A model generated the notes under the pieces. It made no database searches and had not been told where the DNA came from. It saw only the letters and a program-made list of their open reading frames with translations. The translations under genes and the position numbers were made by a program. Positions 59,255 to 64,000 of a stretch of DNA of 64,000 nucleotides are shown here, one piece after another. Position 1 is the first letter of the stretch. Every line of letters starts with the position of its first letter. The stretch is from Bacteroidaceae bacterium (GTDB lineage Bacteria > Bacteroidota > Bacteroidia > Bacteroidales > Bacteroidaceae): positions 20,265 through 84,264 of the forward strand of contig JAFWBM010000031.1 in assembly GCA_017507105.1 (NCBI GenBank). Direction: 5' to 3'.

Positions 59255-62005
59255 TTATTTAGAGAGTTTCTCGATGCTTTCTGTAAGCATGGCTATCTTC
59301 TCTTTAGCATCGGACTGTTTCTTACGCTCTATGGCAATAATCTTTTCGGGTGCCTTGCTTACAAAGTTGGGATTATTAAGTTTTGCCTCTACGCTCTTTA
59401 GGAACTTCTCGTGGTAGGCAAGCTCTTCTTTCATTTTTGCTATCTCTGCGTCCTTGTCTATGAGTGAACCCATTGGCACTGCATACTCTGTCGTAGATAT
59501 ACGGAACATTATGGCAGTGTTATCGGCTGTGGCAACATTATCAATTGAGGTTAGGTTGGCCATCTTGGTGAGTATGCTCTCAAATCCAGTTATGTGTGAC
59601 TCGCCAATAACTTGCAAGGAGAGTGGCTCACGTGGTGAGAGATTCTTTTGTTGGCGTATTGAACGTATGTTGCCTATAATCTCTTTTACAGATTCGATAC
59701 GTGAGATGAGCTCTTCTTTGTATGGACGGTTGAGTGCAAGAATCGATTGTGTCATCAGACTCTCACCGTTATTACGCTGTTGTATGGATTGCCATAGCTC
59801 TTCGGTTATGAATGGCATGAAGGGATGCAACAGACGCATCAAGTCGTCGAAGAATCCAAGTGTGGCATCGTAGGTCTGTTTGTCTATAGGTGAACCGTAT
59901 GCGGGTTTTATCATCTCGAGGTACCATGCCGAGAATTCATCCCAAAAGAGGGTGTACAGGTTCATTAGTGCCTCGCTTATACGGTACTTGCCAAATAGGT
60001 CTTCCAACTGTGTAACCGACTTTGCAAGAACTTCGTTAAACCATTCTACAGCCAGACGAGAACTCTCGGGCTGTGCAATGTCACTACTTACGTTCCAACC
60101 ATCAACAAGGCGAAATGCATTCCATATCTTATTGCAGAAATTTCGTCCTTGCTCGCAAAGGCTCTCATCGAAAAGAATGTCGTTGCCTGCAGGTGCTGAA
60201 AGCATTATACCCATACGAACACCATCGGCACCGTAACGTGCTATTAAATCGAGCGGGTCGGGACTGTTACCTAGCGACTTGCTCATCTTGCGTCCTAGTT
60301 TGTCTCGTACGATACCGGTGAAATATACATTCTTGAATGGCATCTCTCCCTGGTATTCGTATCCGGCCATAATCATACGGGCTACCCAGAAAAATATGAT
60401 ATCCGGACCTGTAACCAGATCGCAGGTGGGGTAGTAGTAGCTTATCTCCTTGTTGCCAGGATCCAAAATGCCGTTAAAGAGCGAGATAGGCCATAGCCAT
60501 GAACTGAACCATGTGTCAAGTGCATCCTCGTCCTGTGTGAGTTGCTCGGCTGTTACATTCTCGTATCCTGCTATTTTGCGAGCTTTCTCAAGAGCCTGTT
60601 CAATAGATTCTGCTACAACAAATAGTTCGTCCGATCCTTCTTCTGTGGGGAGGAAATATGCCGGTATGCGGTGTCCCCACCATAGTGGTCGGCTGATACA
60701 CCAGACTTGAATATTCTCCAACCAGTTCTTGTATGTTGTCTTATATTTTGTAGGGTAGAATTTTAGTCGGTCCTCCATTACAGGGGGAAGCGCTATGTCG
60801 GCAAAGTGTTGCATGCTGAGGAACCATTGCATACATAGGCGCGGTTCTACTGCTGTATCGGCATTACGCTCGCTATATCCAACTTTATTGATATAATCCT
60901 CTACTTTCTCCATTAGACCGTCTGCCTCCAAATCTTTTACAATCTGTTTACGCACCTCCATGCGGTCCATTCCAATGTATAGACCGGCTGCTTCACTTAA
61001 TGTGGCATCAGGATTAAAGATGTCTATAGTGTCAAGGTTGTGCTTTTTGCCAAGCATGTAGTCGTTGGTGTCGTGTGCCGGTGTTACTTTCAGACATCCG
61101 GTACCGAACTCTATCTCAACGTATCGATCTTCTATTACAGGAATGCTACGACCTACAAGAGGAACAATTACTCGCTTACCTTTAAGCCAACTGTTTTTGG
61201 GGTCTTTAGGGTTAATACACATTGCTGTATCTCCCATAATGGTTTCTGGACGGGTTGTTGCAACAACTGCGTAGCGACGACCATCAGCTGTGCGGTGCAG
61301 AATCTGATGTTTTACAGTGGGATCGAAGGGATCGTTCACGTTCAGTGTTACGGCATCGCTCTCCTCATTGTCAGTGCAGCCGGTTGCTTCGTCAACGAAG
61401 TAACGTAGGTAGTATAGCTTGCTGTTTTCTTCGCGGTATATGACCTCTTCATTACTCAATGCTGTTTGGGCTTTGGGGTCCCAATTGACCATTCGTAACC
61501 CACGATATATGAGTCCTTTATCGTATAGATCGCAGAAAACTTTTATGACACTCTTGCTTCGTGTTTCGTCCATTGTGAACGATGTGCGGTCCCAATCGCA
61601 TGATGCTCCCAATTTGCGTAACTGTTTTAGGATTATGCCGCCATGCTCGTCGGTCCACTCCCATGCATGTTTCAAAAACTCCTCTCGTGTGAGGTCGCTT
61701 TTCTTTATTCCCTGTTCTGATAGTTTTTTAACAACCTTTGCCTCGGTTGCAATAGATGCGTGGTCGGTACCGGGTACCCAGCAGGCATTCTTTCCTATCA
61801 TTCTTGCATGACGCACCAAAATGTCCTGTATAGTGTTGTTAAGCATGTGACCCATATGAAGGACGCCTGTGACATTAGGGGGCGGAATGACAATTGTATA
61901 AGGTTCGCGATTGTCGGGCTCGGAATGGAATAGATTGTTATCCATCCAGTATTTATACCATTTTTCTTCTACCTCTGATGGAATGTAATTGGTTGCTAGG
62001 CTCAT
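59255..62005 (-). CDS. valS: Valine--tRNA ligase
   Basis: 916 aa with the HIGH-type motif [16 protein letters not shown] ([11 protein letters not shown]), and a C-terminal coiled-coil. Confidence 0.96.
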   Translation of the reverse strand: MSLATNYIPSEVEEKWYKYWMDNNLFHSEPDNREPYTIVIPPPNVTGVLHMGHMLNNTIQDILVRHARMIGKNACWVPGTDHASIATEAKVVKKLSEQGIKKSDLTREEFLKHAWEWTDEHGGIILKQLRKLGASCDWDRTSFTMDETRSKSVIKVFCDLYDKGLIYRGLRMVNWDPKAQTALSNEEVIYREENSKLYYLRYFVDEATGCTDNEESDAVTLNVNDPFDPTVKHQILHRTADGRRYAVVATTRPETIMGDTAMCINPKDPKNSWLKGKRVIVPLVGRSIPVIEDRYVEIEFGTGCLKVTPAHDTNDYMLGKKHNLDTIDIFNPDATLSEAAGLYIGMDRMEVRKQIVKDLEADGLMEKVEDYINKVGYSERNADTAVEPRLCMQWFLSMQHFADIALPPVMEDRLKFYPTKYKTTYKNWLENIQVWCISRPLWWGHRIPAYFLPTEEGSDELFVVAESIEQALEKARKIAGYENVTAEQLTQDEDALDTWFSSWLWPISLFNGILDPGNKEISYYYPTCDLVTGPDIIFFWVARMIMAGYEYQGEMPFKNVYFTGIVRDKLGRKMSKSLGNSPDPLDLIARYGADGVRMGIMLSAPAGNDILFDESLCEQGRNFCNKIWNAFRLVDGWNVSSDIAQPESSRLAVEWFNEVLAKSVTQLEDLFGKYRISEALMNLYTLFWDEFSAWYLEMIKPAYGSPIDKQTYDATLGFFDDLMRLLHPFMPFITEELWQSIQQRNNGESLMTQSILALNRPYKEELISRIESVKEIIGNIRSIRQQKNLSPREPLSLQVIGESHITGFESILTKMANLTSIDNVATADNTAIMFRISTTEYAVPMGSLIDKDAEIAKMKEELAYHEKFLKSVEAKLNNPNFVSKAPEKIIAIERKKQSDAKEKIAMLTESIEKLSK

Positions 62006-62147
62006 GATTCTGTATCTTATATTTTTTTGTTTACTTTCTTTTACAATATTTCTAACTTGCGAAGTTAGTTATAATTATTAAAATAATTACCTTTGCCATT
62101 CAAAATAATTGTTTTAATATATAAAATTTAGATATTTTAGATTGTCT

Positions 62148-62933
62148 ATGCATAGTAGAGATGAGATATTGAGTGCCTTTGGACGTTTTCTTGATGTGCT
62201 CGATGAACTGAGGGAGAAATGTCCCTGGGACCGTAAGCAGACAAATGAGAGTCTGCGTCCCAATAGTATAGAAGAGATTTATGAACTTTCTGATGCAATT
62301 GTGGCTAACGATACATTAAATATCTGTAAGGAGCTGGGTGATGTATTGTTACATATTGCGTTCTATGCTAAGATTGCGAGTGAGAAGGGTGAGTTCGATC
62401 TGAAAGACGTTTGTGATAGATTATCTGAAAAACTGATATATCGTCATCCTCATGTCTTTGGGAATGTTCAAGTGGAAAATGCCGGTGAGGTGAGTCGGAA
62501 TTGGGAGCAATTGAAAATGAAAGAGAAAGATGGTAATAAGAGTCTGCTCAGTGGTGTTCCTTCTTCTTTGCCATCGTTGATAAAGGCATTTCGTATGCAG
62601 GAAAAGGCTGCAAATGTTGGCTTTGACTGGGAGTCGCGCAAAGATGTGTGGAGTAAGGTACACGAAGAGGTGGATGAATTACAAGCGGAATTAGAGAAGG
62701 GCGATAAGGAGAATTCTCAGAAAGAGTTTGGTGATTTTATCTTCAGCGTTGTCAATGCGGCGCGTCTGTACGATATAAATCCGGATAGTGCTTTGGAGCT
62801 TACAAATAAGAAATTTCGTAGCAGATTTGGTTATATAGAGAGAAAAGCTAAAAGTGATGGTATAGCTCTTAAAGAGATGTCGCTTGAACGTATGGATGCT
62901 TTATGGAATGAAGCAAAGGCTTTTGAAGAATAA
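62148..62933 (+). CDS. mazG: Nucleoside triphosphate pyrophosphohydrolase MazG
   Basis: The track ORF starts at TTG 62142; the ATG at 62148 gives MHSRDEIL.... Tandem MazG motifs: IEEIYELSDAI...ELGDVLLHI and VHEEVDELQAEL...EFGDFIFSVVN. Confidence 0.88.
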   Translation: MHSRDEILSAFGRFLDVLDELREKCPWDRKQTNESLRPNSIEEIYELSDAIVANDTLNICKELGDVLLHIAFYAKIASEKGEFDLKDVCDRLSEKLIYRHPHVFGNVQVENAGEVSRNWEQLKMKEKDGNKSLLSGVPSSLPSLIKAFRMQEKAANVGFDWESRKDVWSKVHEEVDELQAELEKGDKENSQKEFGDFIFSVVNAARLYDINPDSALELTNKKFRSRFGYIERKAKSDGIALKEMSLERMDALWNEAKAFEE

Positions 62934-62977
62934 GAGTTATGTAGGGTGTGATATATATTATTTTTATTCGTTTGTAT

Positions 62978-63024
62978 AATAACACAAGTAGGAGATAGCT
63001 AGTCCATCTCCTACTTGTGTTATT
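62978..63024. terminator. Bidirectional hairpin terminator between convergent genes
   Basis: 19-bp perfect arms AATAACACAAGTAGGAGAT / ATCTCCTACTTGTGTTATT with a 9-nt loop. It lies between mazG (+) and the 63115 gene (-). Confidence 0.7.
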
Positions 63025-63114
63025 CTGTTTTTATGGATTCTATATGATTATTATTTACACATAGAATTCTATATAATGTGTTCTTATGATGAAATATAGT
63101 GTAATGCAGATTGC

Positions 63115-63606
63115 TTAATCTGTTTTAGGTGCTTTTCTATCTCTATTTCCTCCTCTGTTGGTGTTGCACATTTTTTTAATAAGATCTCTTTGGAAACGTT
63201 CTTCGGCTTGCCATACGAGCAATATCTTTTTTGCCGGTATTACATTGAGATATAACGTCATGTACTCTTTTTCCAGTTGTGCAATTTTTATTTTAGTTTC
63301 TGCCAATTCGTTTGCCATCAAGATGCTTTTTTCTTCGCTACACTCTTCACCGCATTTTATTCCTAGCTTCTCACGGGTCTCTTTGTTTATTAGCCATTTC
63401 TTCTTTTGAAGTTCGAAGAACAGTGGGAAGAAAGCTTCTGCCTCTTCCGCTGTTAATTCTGCTTTCTCTGTTATGTATACCTTTTGCTTTTGCTTGAACT
63501 CCTCTAGTGAGAATCGTTTTTGCCTTTTGCTTTTTTCTGTTTGTTGCGCTGTGGCAAAATAAGGTATAGATATTAATGTAATAAGTATTAATGCTATCTT
63601 TTTCAT
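63115..63606 (-). CDS. Secreted helical protein, Spy/CpxP-like (function uncertain)
   Basis: 163 aa with signal peptide MKKIALILITLISIPYFATAQ. It is lysine/glutamate-rich and helical, with LTAEEAEAFFPLFFELQKKKW-type segments. Confidence 0.5.
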   Translation of the reverse strand: MKKIALILITLISIPYFATAQQTEKSKRQKRFSLEEFKQKQKVYITEKAELTAEEAEAFFPLFFELQKKKWLINKETREKLGIKCGEECSEEKSILMANELAETKIKIAQLEKEYMTLYLNVIPAKKILLVWQAEERFQRDLIKKMCNTNRGGNRDRKAPKTD

Positions 63607-63618
63607 TTATATATTATT

Positions 63619-63945
63619 TTAGATATTGGCTTCTGTTAAATAGTTGTATAGGGTGTAGTCATCTATAGAATAGTTGTCTAGCAATTCGTCTATATATTCG
63701 TTATTATATTGTTCACTGTATAGAAAGGCCTGCCTGTTTATATCATTATAATATATAGACCCGCATATCAGAAAAAGCAGTATTAATGCGGCGGCATACC
63801 TTATCTTGCCAAAATAGTATCCTTTGTTGGAGTGCAAAAGAGTTTGTGGCAAGCTCTTCATTAACTTGTCGTGGAAGTTTTCGAAGTATCCATCGGGCGT
63901 GACGAATAGTTCTTTCTTTGCTTTGTTTTCTCTTTGTACATTCAT
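63619..63945 (-). CDS. Small single-pass membrane protein (possible anti-sigma-like partner)
   Basis: 108 aa with one TM segment, AAALILLFLICGSIYY. It lies 12 nt upstream of the Spy-like gene. The functional guess is from context only. Confidence 0.45.
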   Translation of the reverse strand: MNVQRENKAKKELFVTPDGYFENFHDKLMKSLPQTLLHSNKGYYFGKIRYAAALILLFLICGSIYYNDINRQAFLYSEQYNNEYIDELLDNYSIDDYTLYNYLTEANI

Positions 63946-64000
63946 CTCTTTCTCTTCTTTTGACCTTTATATATCTGAAAGGTTTAATTCTTCTTTTCTA

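Noticed and set aside
1-64000. Scan for CRISPR arrays, IS elements, prophage or defence-system genes, rRNA, and large direct repeats.
   Set aside because: I found none. The only exact repeat noticed is the duplicated tRNA-Asn. All long ORFs are accounted for by housekeeping, envelope, efflux or glycosidase functions.

Overview
The window is a 64-kb chromosomal segment from a Bacteroidota genome, probably Bacteroidales. I lean towards a Prevotella-like organism for two reasons: one protein carries a T9SS C-terminal sorting domain, and several promoters fit the Bacteroides -33 TTTG / -7 TAnnTTTG pattern. I call 46 protein-coding genes (40 on the minus strand), two identical tandem tRNA-Asn(GTT) genes, one TPP riboswitch, and several long perfect terminator hairpins.

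Most of the content is housekeeping:
- Core genes: secA, valS, lysS, pgi, gpsA, thrC, coaX, lptC, prmC, recX, mazG and a PpiD-like chaperone.
- Envelope and efflux modules: a tetR-tolC-MFP-RND operon ending in a small PG0541-type protein; a TolC-HlyD-2xABC-2 permease operon with no ATPase gene; and two sigma/anti-sigma-like cassettes.
- A TPP-riboswitch-controlled thiamine salvage operon (TonB-dependent receptor, PnuT, thiamine diphosphokinase).
- Three host-glycan-type glycosidases that are not organised as a Sus-like PUL: GH89, a GH110-like enzyme, and a 1673-aa GH33 sialidase fusion with a T9SS sorting domain.

I saw no rRNA, CRISPR array, transposase, integrase, prophage genes or recognisable defence system. 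This looks like core chromosome, not an accessory island.

The observations most worth follow-up are:
- the giant two-module sialidase fusion;
- a very acidic small protein co-transcribed with secA;
- a candidate Thr/Ile-rich leader peptide upstream of the thrC operon;
- a 48-bp perfect palindrome overlapping the efflux operon promoter;
- the P-II-like pump-associated protein;
- the ATPase-less ABC-2 module;
- an unexplained N-terminal domain on an RluA-type pseudouridine synthase.

All functional calls come from reading the translations and motifs by eye. No database search was possible.
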